64,000 bases of DNA, from contig JBNGCP010000003.1 in NCBI GenBank assembly GCA_049974845.1, forward strand, positions 20,643 to 84,642, written 5' to 3'. Shown here piece after piece: positions 28,773-41,011 of this stretch (position 1 is the stretch's first letter; each line of letters begins with the position of its first letter). The position numbers and the translations under genes were made by a program. The stretch comes from Anaerolineae bacterium (GTDB taxonomy: Bacteria; Chloroflexota; Anaerolineae; B4-G1; SLSP01). The notes beneath the pieces were generated by a model. It saw only the letters and a program-made list of their open reading frames with translations, had not been told where the DNA came from and searched no databases.

Positions 28773-29864
28773 ATGACCGATTCGGCAAATCAACGCCCAC
28801 CTTATCCTATCGTCGATGCCCATCTCGATATCGCCTACAACGCTGTCGTTCTCGAGCGCGAGCTGACGCGCCCTGTGGAGGAGATCCGGGACGACGAACG
28901 CAAGCACCCGCCTGAGGACTCCAAAGCCGGCGTGTGTATGGTCAGCTGGCCTGCACTGTTGGCGGGCGGGGTTGTTGTGGTGGGCGGCTCGATCTTTGTC
29001 GAGCCGTTCAACAAGTCGCATCCGCAGTCGATACCCGCCTATCGATCGCCTGAGGAAGCCCACACGCAAGCTGTTCAGCAGTTGGACTACTACCGCCGTA
29101 TGAGCGAGGAGCGGGACGATGTGGCGCTCATCACCGACGAGAGGACGCTGGACGATGTGTCGGACCGTTGGGGAGGTGAGCATCCACAGGTTGGCGTCTT
29201 TATGGTGATGGAAGGTGCCGATCCAATTCGGGAGCCGGATGAGTTGGGCTGGTGGATCGAGCGCGGGCTGCGCGGTGTAGGACTATCCTGGGCAGCCGGC
29301 ACACGGTACGCGGGCGGGAACGCAAACCCTGGGCCTCTGACCGATGAGGGGGAGGCCTTGCTGCGCGTGATGGCCGACGCTAACCTGCTGCTCGATATCA
29401 GTCATCTCTGGGAGGACGCCGTCTTCCGTGTCCTCGATCGTTATCCCGGCCCCATCGTGGCAACCCATGCCAACCCGCGTTTCTTTGTCGACTCACCTCG
29501 ACAGATCTCGGACGACATGATCCGGGGACTGACGGATCGCGATGGCGTCGTTGGAGTTGTGGCCTACAATCGCATGCTGGATCCTGACTGGCGGCCCGAC
29601 TCGCCGCGCCTGCCGCTGAGGCGGCTGGTTCAAGCCATCGATCACGTCTGTCAGATCGCGGGCGATGCCGCCCACGTTGGGCTCGGCACCGATCTGGACG
29701 GCGGCTTTGGTCAGGCCTCGGTGCCGGCAGAGCTTGCATCTGTGGCCGATCTTCACAAGGTCGTGGCAGGGCTTAAGGATCTTGGCTATGCCGAGTCTGA
29801 CATCAAGGCCGTGATGGGCGGGAACTGGCTGCGTGTGATGCGCGTTGCGTTGGAGGCATTCTAG
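28773..29864 (+). CDS. membrane dipeptidase (peptidase M19 family)
   Basis: IVDAHLD N-terminal metal motif and GLGTDLDGGFG C-terminal motif. Start taken at MTDSANQ. Confidence 0.8.
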   Translation: MTDSANQRPPYPIVDAHLDIAYNAVVLERELTRPVEEIRDDERKHPPEDSKAGVCMVSWPALLAGGVVVVGGSIFVEPFNKSHPQSIPAYRSPEEAHTQAVQQLDYYRRMSEERDDVALITDERTLDDVSDRWGGEHPQVGVFMVMEGADPIREPDELGWWIERGLRGVGLSWAAGTRYAGGNANPGPLTDEGEALLRVMADANLLLDISHLWEDAVFRVLDRYPGPIVATHANPRFFVDSPRQISDDMIRGLTDRDGVVGVVAYNRMLDPDWRPDSPRLPLRRLVQAIDHVCQIAGDAAHVGLGTDLDGGFGQASVPAELASVADLHKVVAGLKDLGYAESDIKAVMGGNWLRVMRVALEAF

Positions 29865-29912
29865 CGCCCGGCGCTTGCTTGTAATCTACGATGGTTGTGG
29901 TATTATATAGTC

Positions 29913-30135
29913 AATCCTGCCGTGTGCGTGGAACCGAAGTGGGGTTTTGAGCCAACACCTTAAAAAACGGGAACCTAAGTCTTGGACGCGTATGCGATAG
30001 CCTTCGGGCAAGGCAGAGTCGTTCGGCTGGTACCCACCTGCGTTAGCAGGGTCAAAACCAACGGTGCACGGCACGGCGGGGCCTGATTTATGTGAAACCG
30101 CGCTGGTTATTTCCAGCGCGGTTTATTATTCTGGT
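29913..30135 (+). ncRNA. candidate structured small RNA (about 220 nt, unknown family) with its own promoter and intrinsic terminator
   Basis: Candidate promoter TTGTAA-N16-TATTAT at 29879-29906. No ORF. Internal complementary segments (GGTTTTGA...TCAAAACC). Strong terminator at 30095-30135. Confidence 0.4.
30095..30135 (+). terminator. intrinsic terminator of the candidate sRNA
   Basis: 12-bp stem AAACCGCGCTGG/CCAGCGCGGTTT, loop TTATTT, then ATTATTCTGGTTT. Confidence 0.7.
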
Positions 30136-30249
30136 TTGCTGCTTCCTCGCTCCTTCAAAGCCGCATCGCGACAATCCCCACGCATTGAGAACTATGACGC
30201 CCCACCGCGCCGTCGGGCGTATAGCATCAGGATATTATGTAAAGTAGGC

Positions 30250-30278
30250 TTGACTTTGCCAGTCGCCTATGTTATTCT
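30250..30278 (+). promoter_or_regulatory. sigma70-type promoter (TTGACT-17-TATTCT) for the MBL-fold gene
   Basis: Good match to the -35/-10 consensus, about 45 nt upstream of the GAGGAG RBS. Confidence 0.5.
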
Positions 30279-30326
30279 CAAGTGGCTGAACATAACCCGA
30301 TTTTGGTCTTCATCCTTGAGGAGTCC

Positions 30327-31172
30327 ATGTACTGGGAACGAGTTTCCGAAGAAATTTTCCTATTCACAAGTGATCGTTATGCGCTCGTCAACTCGGTCGC
30401 GGTGCTCACCGACCGCGGCACGGTTGTGATCGATGCTCTCCCCTTTCCCGATGAGGCCAGGCAGATCGCGCGTTTCCTCGAGATCCGCTCCGGCATGGAC
30501 TTTTTCTCCTTGATTTTGACCCATCATCATATGGACCACGTCTACGGTCTCTATGCCTTTCCCGAGCATCTGGACGTCATCAGTTCAGAGCTTTGCCGGC
30601 AGCGGCTGTTCGATGTAGGAGAGTCGTCGTTGGCGGAGGCACGGGAGAACGATCCCGCCTTCGAGGAAGTGTACCTGCGAATCCCGACCATCACGTTCGA
30701 GACGGGCGATTTCTTTGTCGAGACCGGCGATAAGACTTTCCGACTGCTGCCGTTGCCGGGACATAGCGTCGACAATATCGGGGTCTTCATCGAGGAAGAG
30801 GAAGTGCTCATCACCGGAGACGCGGCTATGTCCATCCCGATCATCGCCGATGGTGATTGGGAGCAGGAGATCCGGACCCTTGAGTTTATCAAAGAGATGG
30901 AGCCGGATACGGTCGTCCAAGGCCACGGTGAGGTGATCTTGCGCGGTGAGGTCAAGGCCGTGATGGATCAATACATCGACTATCTGTACTGCGTTCGAAA
31001 ACAGGCTGAAAACATCCTCAAACGGGGCCGCGATCGTAAGGAGCTCTGGGACATCCCATTGGAGAAATGTGGCCTGGAGCGGGTGCCGCTGGGGATTGCC
31101 AGTCACCAGCTCCACGTGGCCAATATGTTGAGCGTCTACGATCACCTTAAGGCGGAGCGGGAATCGGGATAG
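30327..31172 (+). CDS. MBL-fold metallo-hydrolase
   Basis: LTHHHMDHVYG (HxHxDH) motif. Start at the ATG 3 nt after GAGGAGTCC. Confidence 0.85.
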   Translation: MYWERVSEEIFLFTSDRYALVNSVAVLTDRGTVVIDALPFPDEARQIARFLEIRSGMDFFSLILTHHHMDHVYGLYAFPEHLDVISSELCRQRLFDVGESSLAEARENDPAFEEVYLRIPTITFETGDFFVETGDKTFRLLPLPGHSVDNIGVFIEEEEVLITGDAAMSIPIIADGDWEQEIRTLEFIKEMEPDTVVQGHGEVILRGEVKAVMDQYIDYLYCVRKQAENILKRGRDRKELWDIPLEKCGLERVPLGIASHQLHVANMLSVYDHLKAERESG

Positions 31173-31214
31173 CGCTCACGTGGGCAGGATATCCATGATG
31201 TTTGGCTGCGCGTT

Positions 31215-32135
31215 GTGATGTCTGCACTTCACGACTGGCTGGACCGGTACCTGCACTCCCTCGAGCGCGATAACGCCTCACCTTACACGGTCAAGAACTA
31301 CGGCACGGATATCGCGCAGTTTCTGGATTACTGTGTCGATGAGGGCATCACGACGCTCGATGGCTTGACCCGCGACCACGTGCGCACGTACATGGCCGAT
31401 CTCAACGAGGATGGCTATGTTCGCGCCAGCATCGCGCGTCGCGTCTTTGAACTGCGCGCCTTCGGAGACTTTCTCGTCGAGCGCCGAGCGTGGGAGAACA
31501 ACCTCTTTCGACGCATCTATGCGCCCAGGATACCTGAGCGGCTGCCGCGTTACCTCACCCTGGAGGAGGTCAAGAAACTCCTGGCTGCCCCCGATGTCTC
31601 AGAACCCAAAGGCCTCCGGGATCGTGCGATCCTGGAGGTCCTCTATGCAACAGGGGTGCGCGTCAGCGAGCTGACCGCTCTAGACCTGGGCGATGTGAGT
31701 CTCCGCACAGGGGAACTGCGGGTGGTGGGGAAGGGCAACAAGGAGCGCATCGTGCTTATCGGGCGGCCTGCCGTGTCCGCTCTGCACGCCTATATTGACC
31801 GGGGGCGCCCCGAGCAACTTGGTGAGCCGGTCTCACAGGCCCTCTTCCTCAACCGTTTTGGTGGTCGCCTCTCCAGCCGCTCTGTGGATACCATCGTGCG
31901 CCAGTCTGGCATCGCCGCCGGGATCGCGGAGACGGTCACGCCGCATCTCCTCCGACACACCTTCGCCACACACATGCTCGAAGGTGGGGCTGATTTGCGG
32001 GTGGTACAGGAGTTGTTGGGGCATGAGAACATTGCCACCACCCAGATCTATGCGAGCGTCACGCAGCGACGCGTTCGTGAGGTCTATCTGCGGGCGCATC
32101 CCGGATCCACGGACGCGAACTCAGATGGGGATTGA
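31215..32135 (+). CDS. tyrosine recombinase, XerC/XerD family
   Basis: Core-binding N-domain. C-terminal R...HxxR...Y block (LRHTFATHML...LLGH...TQIY). True start probably the ATG at 31218. Confidence 0.85.
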   Translation: MMSALHDWLDRYLHSLERDNASPYTVKNYGTDIAQFLDYCVDEGITTLDGLTRDHVRTYMADLNEDGYVRASIARRVFELRAFGDFLVERRAWENNLFRRIYAPRIPERLPRYLTLEEVKKLLAAPDVSEPKGLRDRAILEVLYATGVRVSELTALDLGDVSLRTGELRVVGKGNKERIVLIGRPAVSALHAYIDRGRPEQLGEPVSQALFLNRFGGRLSSRSVDTIVRQSGIAAGIAETVTPHLLRHTFATHMLEGGADLRVVQELLGHENIATTQIYASVTQRRVREVYLRAHPGSTDANSDGD

Positions 32136-32170
32136 TGCGCCACAATGACGGGTAGGGCCTAAGCTAGAGG

Positions 32171-32203
32171 AAGCGCCGACGCTGCTGGCAGCGTCGGCGC
32201 TTG
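32171..32203. terminator. bidirectional terminator hairpin between the xerC/D-family gene and clpC
   Basis: Perfect 15-bp stem AAGCGCCGACGCTGC-tgg-GCAGCGTCGGCGCTT. Confidence 0.6.
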
Positions 32204-32225
32204 ATCTTCTATGCGTTGAAGCGGG

Positions 32226-34712
<2,487 letters not shown>

Positions 34713-34998
34713 GATTCTAACCTCTGTTTATCCCAATCTATCGGTGTCCCCAATTCGTGCGTGTCCATTATGTGCACCACAACTTGAGCTACCGGTCGAA
34801 AACGGCTTCTCGCCCCTGTCATTATGGTCGATTCACTCTTGATCGATTTCATTATAGCACAAAACAAGGGCGGAAAGTAGGTTGAAAGGCCGAGAGGACG
34901 CGGGGGCATGCCCCCGCGTCCTCTCGAATAGCTCAACAGCTGTACGCGCCCCTTGCGTGCTCAGGGCTCCTGCAAGACTGAGAGCGTCCCTCTTTGGA

Positions 34999-35178
34999 TC
35001 ACCGAACAGCTTGCAGGATCACGCTGACGAACTCCTCCCATTCATCCTCAAAGAGGTGCAGCGTGATATTGTCGAACTCGATGTGGTAGATGACCTCTTC
35101 GAGCTCGGGCTCATTGGAGACCCAGATGGTGTAGTTCTCAGATTCACCTAATGTCTTCACTTCCGGTTTTGCATTCAC
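34999..35178 (-). CDS. small acidic hypothetical protein (59 aa) between pnp and clpC
   Basis: My own translation from a GTG start 6 nt after GGAGGAA gives VNAKPEVKTLGESENYTIWVSNEPELEEVIYHIEFDNITLHLFEDEWEEFVSVILQAVR. It is below the ORF-track size cut-off. Confidence 0.35.
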   Translation of the reverse strand: MNAKPEVKTLGESENYTIWVSNEPELEEVIYHIEFDNITLHLFEDEWEEFVSVILQAVR

Positions 35179-35230
35179 CGTTTCCTCCTACTGGAGCGGG
35201 CCTGGATCAGGCTGAACTGTGAGAGAATGA

Positions 35231-37405
35231 CTAACGTCGTCGGGAGCGCCCGCCGCGTCGCCCGCCGCCTGAAGGAGGCGAGTCCTGCGCCTGCGCTTCC
35301 TCAAGGGTCCAACCCTCCAACACCGCTTGCCGGGAGAGCCGGATCTTGCCGTCATTGGAAATGGCCGTGACCATCACGACGATCTCGTCGCCCACGTTGA
35401 CAACGTCGGAGACCTTGTCAACCCGGGTGTCCGAAAGCTGTGAGATATGAACCATCCCGTCGGTGCCCGGTAGGATCTCGACGAAGGCGCCGAAATCGGC
35501 CACCCTGACGACCTTGCCGGTGTAGACCTTACCCAGCTTGGGTTTCTCCATCATCGCTTCGACATAAGCGAGCGCGCGCTGCGCCCCGTCGCCGCCGGAG
35601 GAGGCGATGAAGACGGTGCCATCCTCTTCGACGTCGATGTCGACCTCGTACTCCGACTGGAGCGCTCGAATCGTCTTGCCGCCCGGTCCGATCAGAGAAC
35701 CGATCTTCTCGACATCGATCTGGGTTGTGAGCATCTTGGGCGCGAACTCGGAGAGCGTGTCTCGCGGTTCGGGGATGCAGGCTACGATCACGTCGATGAT
35801 CTGTTCGCGTGCGATCCGGGCCTGTTCCAGCGCTTCGCTGAGAATCTTGCGACTGACGCCCTTGATCTTGATATCCATCTGTAAGGCCGTGATGCCCGCT
35901 CGTGTACCGGTGACCTTGAAGTCCATATCGCCCAGGTGATCTTCCATACCCTGGATGTCGGTGAGCACGCGGTAACGGGTTCCGTCGGAAACCAGACCCA
36001 TTGCGATGCCGCCGACGGGCGCTTTGATCGGCACACCCGCGTCCATCAGGGCGAGCGTGCTGCCACAGGCCGAGGCCATGGACGTGCTGCCGTTGGAGGA
36101 CAGAACCTCGCTCACGACGCGAATCGTATACGGGAAGTCCTCCTTCGAGGGCAACACCGGCTCCAACGCGCGTTCTGCCAAGGCGCCATGCCCGATCTCG
36201 CGGCGCCGTGGGCCGCGCAGCGGCCAGGTCTCGCCGGTGGAGAAGGGCGGGAAGTTGTAGTGATGGATGTAGCGCTTGGTCTCCTCAGGGAAGAGGTCAT
36301 CGAGCTCCTGCTCCTCACCCGGCATGCCGAGGGTGGCCAGACTCATGACCTGTGTCTCACCCCGTGTGAACAGCCCCGAACCGTGAGGACGGGGGACGAG
36401 GCGAACTTCGGCTTCAAGTTCGCGGATGGTCGTCTGATCACGTCCGTCGGGGCGGATGCCTTCGCTCAGGATGCGTTCGCGCACGACCTCCTTGAGCACA
36501 TCGTGGAATGCCTCGCCGATCTGGCGTGACGTCCAGTCATTGCGCTCGGCTTCCTCGGCCAAAGCCTCGTCGAGCTCTTCCTCGAGCTCGTTGAGCGCAT
36601 CGATGCGCTCGCCCTTGAGCTGTGTCGTTCTGACCAGCGTGTTCAAGCGGTCGAGCATCAGCTCGCGGACGCGCTCGGTGAGCGCTTCCGGTGTGCCGAA
36701 TCGAGGGTAGTCGCGCTTAGGCTTGCCCACCGCCGCGCGCATCTCGTTCTGGACTTGGATGACGCCCTGCATCGCCTGATGGGCCAGCTCGATCGCGTCG
36801 AGCATCGTCTCCTCGTCCACCTCATTGGCGCCGGCCTCTACCATGATGATCGCGTCGGCACTCCCGGCTACACGGAGGTCAAGATCGCTTTCCTGGATCT
36901 CCTGAATGGTGGGATTGGCTACCAACTCACCGTTCACCCGCCCGATCCGGATGCCGCCGACAGGTCCATCGAAGGGCACGTCGGAGATCATCAGGGCTGC
37001 GGAGGCCGCGATCAGCCCCAACATGTCCGGGTACTCACTGTGGCCCTGGGAGAGCGGCTGGACGATAACCTGCACGTCGTTTCGCATATCCTTGGGGAAG
37101 AGTGGACGGATGGGGCGGTCGATCAGGCGGGCCGTCAGAATCGCCTTCTCTGTGGGGCGTCCCTCGCGTCGGAAGAAAGATCCGGGAATGCGGCCGGCTG
37201 CGTAGAGCCGCTCCTCAAAATCCACGGTCAGGGGGAAGAAATCGATGCCCTCACGCGGCGTGCGGGACATCGTCGCCGTCGCCAGCAGAACGGTGTCACC
37301 GGTCTGGGCAATGACGGCCCCGCCAGCCAGCCGGGCGATTTTGCCGGTTTTCAGGGTGATCGTTTGATCACCTAGCTGTGCTTCAAATACATGTTCCTCT
37401 AACAT
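35231..37405 (-). CDS. pnp: polyribonucleotide nucleotidyltransferase (PNPase)
   Basis: Two RNase PH-like domains, KH and S1 domains (GKVYTGKVVRVADFGAFVEI). GGAGGT 6 nt upstream. Confidence 0.95.
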   Translation of the reverse strand: MLEEHVFEAQLGDQTITLKTGKIARLAGGAVIAQTGDTVLLATATMSRTPREGIDFFPLTVDFEERLYAAGRIPGSFFRREGRPTEKAILTARLIDRPIRPLFPKDMRNDVQVIVQPLSQGHSEYPDMLGLIAASAALMISDVPFDGPVGGIRIGRVNGELVANPTIQEIQESDLDLRVAGSADAIIMVEAGANEVDEETMLDAIELAHQAMQGVIQVQNEMRAAVGKPKRDYPRFGTPEALTERVRELMLDRLNTLVRTTQLKGERIDALNELEEELDEALAEEAERNDWTSRQIGEAFHDVLKEVVRERILSEGIRPDGRDQTTIRELEAEVRLVPRPHGSGLFTRGETQVMSLATLGMPGEEQELDDLFPEETKRYIHHYNFPPFSTGETWPLRGPRRREIGHGALAERALEPVLPSKEDFPYTIRVVSEVLSSNGSTSMASACGSTLALMDAGVPIKAPVGGIAMGLVSDGTRYRVLTDIQGMEDHLGDMDFKVTGTRAGITALQMDIKIKGVSRKILSEALEQARIAREQIIDVIVACIPEPRDTLSEFAPKMLTTQIDVEKIGSLIGPGGKTIRALQSEYEVDIDVEEDGTVFIASSGGDGAQRALAYVEAMMEKPKLGKVYTGKVVRVADFGAFVEILPGTDGMVHISQLSDTRVDKVSDVVNVGDEIVVMVTAISNDGKIRLSRQAVLEGWTLEEAQAQDSPPSGGGRRGGRSRRR

Positions 37406-37671
37406 ATGTAACCTCCTATGGTCGACGCTGCCTGCCGATAGAAGGTTAGAAACTGGGAACTAGTGTGCACGTCCCGATCGTGCACCTCACTTCCCAATTC
37501 CCACCATCTATCCAGCCGGCGTCGAGTTCTAATGACGCGCTATCCAGCCTCTGCCGGACGTCCGCCAGACATCACCCGAGCTCGGTCGGGCCTTTTCACC
37601 GGAGCGATCTGCGTGCTTGCGCGTTGCGTCTGTACGCGCCCATGCGGGACCGCACCGTCTAAACGACAACA

Positions 37672-37708
37672 GACGAGTAGCGGGAAACCGTTCCCACTCC
37701 TACTCGTC
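37672..37708 (-). promoter_or_regulatory. long hairpin in the rpsO-pnp intergenic leader (candidate RNase III/processing site)
   Basis: 9-bp stem GACGAGTAG...CTACTCGTC with a nested inner GGGAA/TTCCC stem. The intergenic region is 376 nt. Confidence 0.4.
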
Positions 37709-37781
37709 TGCACGGTACACCTGAATGCGCCTGAGTATGCTGACTGCTGAGGATGCCGAGTGTGTCGATGTGACAGCAAGC

Positions 37782-38048
37782 CTATCGGCGCAAGCCGAGT
37801 CGCCGGATAAGATCTCGGTAACGCTCCGCATCCTTGTTTTGCAGGTACTTTAGCTGTCGCCGACGCTGACCCACGAGCTTTAGCAACCCACGGCGGGAGT
37901 GCATATCGTTCTTGTGCACCCTGAGATGCTCGGTCAGGCCCGAGATGCGATGTGTCAGCAACGCAATCTGAACCTCCGGCGAGCCCGTGTCATCTGGCGA
38001 TGTCGCATATTCTTCGATAATCTGTTGTTTTCTTTCCTTCGTTAGCAC
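37782..38048 (-). CDS. rpsO: 30S ribosomal protein S15
   Basis: [15 protein letters not shown]...[23 protein letters not shown], classic S15. Confidence 0.95.
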   Translation of the reverse strand: MLTKERKQQIIEEYATSPDDTGSPEVQIALLTHRISGLTEHLRVHKNDMHSRRGLLKLVGQRRRQLKYLQNKDAERYRDLIRRLGLRR

Positions 38049-38226
38049 GACTTTGACTCCTTTAGGGAACCGGCCGATCGTCTTTCACGCGTCGGTCAGT
38101 GGTCAACTCAGCGACAAGTATACCACGGAGCACGGTTTTGGCAACTTAACAGGCGCCTCGCGCTTTGCTTCAGCCGAGGCCATCCTCGACGGAGTTCGAC
38201 CAAGGCTATTGCATTCCGCCCGAATC

Positions 38227-38306
38227 AGGTGCAACGCACCTCAACTCGACGATGAACGGCTCTTCTAGCATCGGGCCATGGCTGGCAAATTCAGGTGCGT
38301 TGCACT
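38227..38306. repeat. MITE-like inner repeat unit, copy A
   Basis: AGGTGCAACGCACCT...ACTCGAC...CATCGGGC...AGGTGCGTTGCACT with 14-bp terminal inverted repeats. See findings. Confidence 0.7.
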
Positions 38307-38503
38307 TTGGCCCACACCAAATGCCACCGGGACTCGGTCTTCGACGGCCCCACTTAGTCGGGCGGACGCGATGCGCTATAATGATAAGCGCATTGTGAAT
38401 TCCATCTGCGCGTCGCGGAGCCCTTGCAGACCGCCAGGCGTTCGGCGATGCCCTTGCAACAGGGCTGACGAGCGCTTAGACTCAGATTGACGAGAGATTG
38501 TGT

Positions 38504-39739
38504 ATGGCAGAAGAGACGATCACACTGGAGCTCGATGCGATGGCGCATGGTGGCGAGGCCATTGGGCGACACGAAGGGCGCGCGATTTTCGTGCCGTACA
38601 CCATCCCCGGCGAGCGGGTTCGCGCCGAGATCGTGGACGATCACGAGCGCTATGCACGGGCCCGCCTCGTGGAGGTGCTGGAGCCCTCGCCGGCGCGGGT
38701 GGATCCTCCCTGCCCGTACTTCGGGCAGGATAAGTGTGGTGGATGTCAGTGGCAGCACATCGACACCCCAGTGCAGCCCCGGATGAAGGGGCTCGTCACG
38801 TTGGATCAACTTTCGCGCGTTGGTGGGTTCCGCGAGCCGTCGGTCTTTGAGCCGATTCCCGACGAAGTGGGCTGGGAGTATCGCAACCACGCGCTGTTTC
38901 GGGTCGATCCGGACGGGCGCCTGGGCTTTCTGAAGGCGCGGAGCCACGAAGTCTACCCCGTGGATGAATGTCTGATTATCCATCCGCTTCTCAGCGGCCT
39001 TCTCCATTCCCTCGATATGACCTATCCGGAACTGGAGTGGCTGGAGATGCGGGCCGGCACCGCTACCGGCGATCTCATGTTGCTTGTTCAGGCCAAGGAG
39101 GAGGAGTCGCCGTCGCTGCACGTCGATTTCCCGGTCTCCATCGTTCAGATCCGTCATGATGACGCCGTCGCGCCCCTGATTGGCCTGGATTACGTTTTGG
39201 AGCGGATCCATCAGCGCGAGTTCCGCATCTCCGCGACGAGCTTCTTCCAGGTCAACTCATCCCAGGCTGCCAAGCTGGTCAATATTGTGATGGGGGCTCT
39301 GGACCTGGATGGCTCCGAGCACGTGATCGATGCCTACTGCGGCGTTGGGCTGTTCACGGCCTTTATTGCGGAGGAAGCGAGCCTCGTCACGGGCATTGAG
39401 GTACATCCTGCGGCGATTGCCGACGCCGAGCACAATCTGGTTGACGCTACCAATGTGAGCCTGATCGAGGGGCCTGTGGAGCAGGCGTTGAGCGAGATAG
39501 AGGAAAGCGTCGACGCGATGGTCGTCGATCCGCCGCGCGCCGGGCTGGCCCCGGAGGTGGTCGACGCCATCGCGGATCACGACCCCAAGCGTGTGGTCTA
39601 CGTCTCCTGCGACCCCGCAACCCTGGCTCGAGATTGTCGGCGGCTCGTACGCCACGGCTATCGCCTGGAGTGGGTCCAGCCGGTCGACCTCTTTCCTCAG
39701 ACCTATCATATTGAGAACGTGGCACTGCTGATCCGGTGA
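38504..39739 (+). CDS. 23S rRNA (uracil-C5)-methyltransferase, RlmD/RumA family (TRAM + 4Fe-4S + SAM-MTase)
   Basis: CPYFGQDKCGGCQWQH cluster motif. Class I MTase motifs DAYCGVGLF and VVDPPRAG. Confidence 0.8.
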   Translation: MAEETITLELDAMAHGGEAIGRHEGRAIFVPYTIPGERVRAEIVDDHERYARARLVEVLEPSPARVDPPCPYFGQDKCGGCQWQHIDTPVQPRMKGLVTLDQLSRVGGFREPSVFEPIPDEVGWEYRNHALFRVDPDGRLGFLKARSHEVYPVDECLIIHPLLSGLLHSLDMTYPELEWLEMRAGTATGDLMLLVQAKEEESPSLHVDFPVSIVQIRHDDAVAPLIGLDYVLERIHQREFRISATSFFQVNSSQAAKLVNIVMGALDLDGSEHVIDAYCGVGLFTAFIAEEASLVTGIEVHPAAIADAEHNLVDATNVSLIEGPVEQALSEIEESVDAMVVDPPRAGLAPEVVDAIADHDPKRVVYVSCDPATLARDCRRLVRHGYRLEWVQPVDLFPQTYHIENVALLIR

Positions 39740-39762
39740 GGGATGGAGAGGGAGTTCAGTCC

Positions 39763-40611
39763 ATGAATCGCGTTCCGCTCTACCAGGTCGATGCCTTTAC
39801 AGACCGCCCCTTCCGGGGAAATCCGGCGGCGGTGTGCCTCCTCCCGCTGCCCCTGCCGGATGAGCGGCTGCAGGCCATCGCCGCCGAGATGAACTTATCA
39901 GAGACGGCTTTCCTGCTGCGGACCAACCGCCGGCGCTGGGTGTCAGGCGATACCTTCTCCCTGCGATGGTTCACGCCGCGGACGGAGGTCGCTCTCTGCG
40001 GCCACGCGACGCTCGCTTCGGCCGCCGTGCTCTTCCAGGCGGTCGGCGTCGAGGCCGAGGTCCTGAGTTTCCAGACCCTGAGCGGCGAGCTGCGTGCGCG
40101 GAGGAAGGGAGCGGGCATCGAGCTCGATTTCCCGGTCGACCCTCCGGAACCGTGCGAGCCACCTGATGACGTCGTGACGGCCTTGGGCGTCCCGCCGGAG
40201 GCTGTCGAGGACGCCGTCTACGGCGCTCAAACGCGGACGCTGCTCATCCGGCTTTCACAAGCCTCGTTGGTGCGCGCGCTAGCACCGGATTTCACAGCGC
40301 TCCTGAGGGCCAGCAGCATGGGCGATTACCAAGGGCTGATCGTGACGGCTGCCGGCGCTGATGATGGCCCCTACGACTTCATTTCGCGCTTCTTTGCGCC
40401 TTGGATTGGGATCGATGAGGATCCGGTCACGGGCTCGTCTCACACGCTCCTGGCGCCCTATTGGGCGGCACACTTGGGAAAGCAGCACTTCCGCGCCTAC
40501 CAGGCGTCGGCGCGTGGGGGCGAACTGGAGGTCAGCCTACTGGGGGCGGACCGGGTAGCATTGTTAGGCCAGGCCAAGATCGTGCTTGAGGGATACTTGG
40601 CCTTGGCGTGA
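39763..40611 (+). CDS. PhzF-family isomerase-like protein
   Basis: MNRVPLYQVDAFT...GNPAAVCL...SETAFL N-terminal PhzF signature. Tandem repeat-fold length. Confidence 0.8.
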   Translation: MNRVPLYQVDAFTDRPFRGNPAAVCLLPLPLPDERLQAIAAEMNLSETAFLLRTNRRRWVSGDTFSLRWFTPRTEVALCGHATLASAAVLFQAVGVEAEVLSFQTLSGELRARRKGAGIELDFPVDPPEPCEPPDDVVTALGVPPEAVEDAVYGAQTRTLLIRLSQASLVRALAPDFTALLRASSMGDYQGLIVTAAGADDGPYDFISRFFAPWIGIDEDPVTGSSHTLLAPYWAAHLGKQHFRAYQASARGGELEVSLLGADRVALLGQAKIVLEGYLALA

Positions 40612-40620
40612 TGGAGGATC

Positions 40621-40989
40621 ATGATGGCTGCTAAAGGGACACCGGAGATCAGGGATTACCGGTTTGGCCAGATTGACATCGATGGTCAGATCTACTCCAA
40701 AGACGTGATCATCCTTCCAGACCGCATCGTGGCGAACTGGCGGCGCAGAAAGGGCCACACGCTTCACGCTGAAGACCTCGAGGCCATTCTCGACCTGGAG
40801 GAGAAGCCCAAGACTTTGGTCATTGGTCAGGGGGCACAAGGACGTATGCGGGTGGCCCGCGATGCGCGGGAGGCCTTGGACGAGGCCGGCATTGAGATGA
40901 TCGCGGAATCGACAGAACAGGCTGTTGTCAGCTACAATGCATTGCGCGATCGGGGCGACGTGGCTGCGGCCCTTCATCTGACCTGTTGA
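40621..40989 (+). CDS. Mth938-like domain protein (DUF498), tentative
   Basis: IDIDGQIYSKDVIILPD...TLVIGQGAQGRM pattern. GGAGGAT RBS. Confidence 0.5.
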   Translation: MMAAKGTPEIRDYRFGQIDIDGQIYSKDVIILPDRIVANWRRRKGHTLHAEDLEAILDLEEKPKTLVIGQGAQGRMRVARDAREALDEAGIEMIAESTEQAVVSYNALRDRGDVAAALHLTC

Positions 40990-41011
40990 GCTGATCGTTT
41001 CCGAGGGAGGC

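Noticed and set aside
29886-30074. 62-aa minus-strand ORF
   Set aside because: It lies within the candidate sRNA locus, has no RBS, and is a low-GC region. It is more parsimonious as non-coding.
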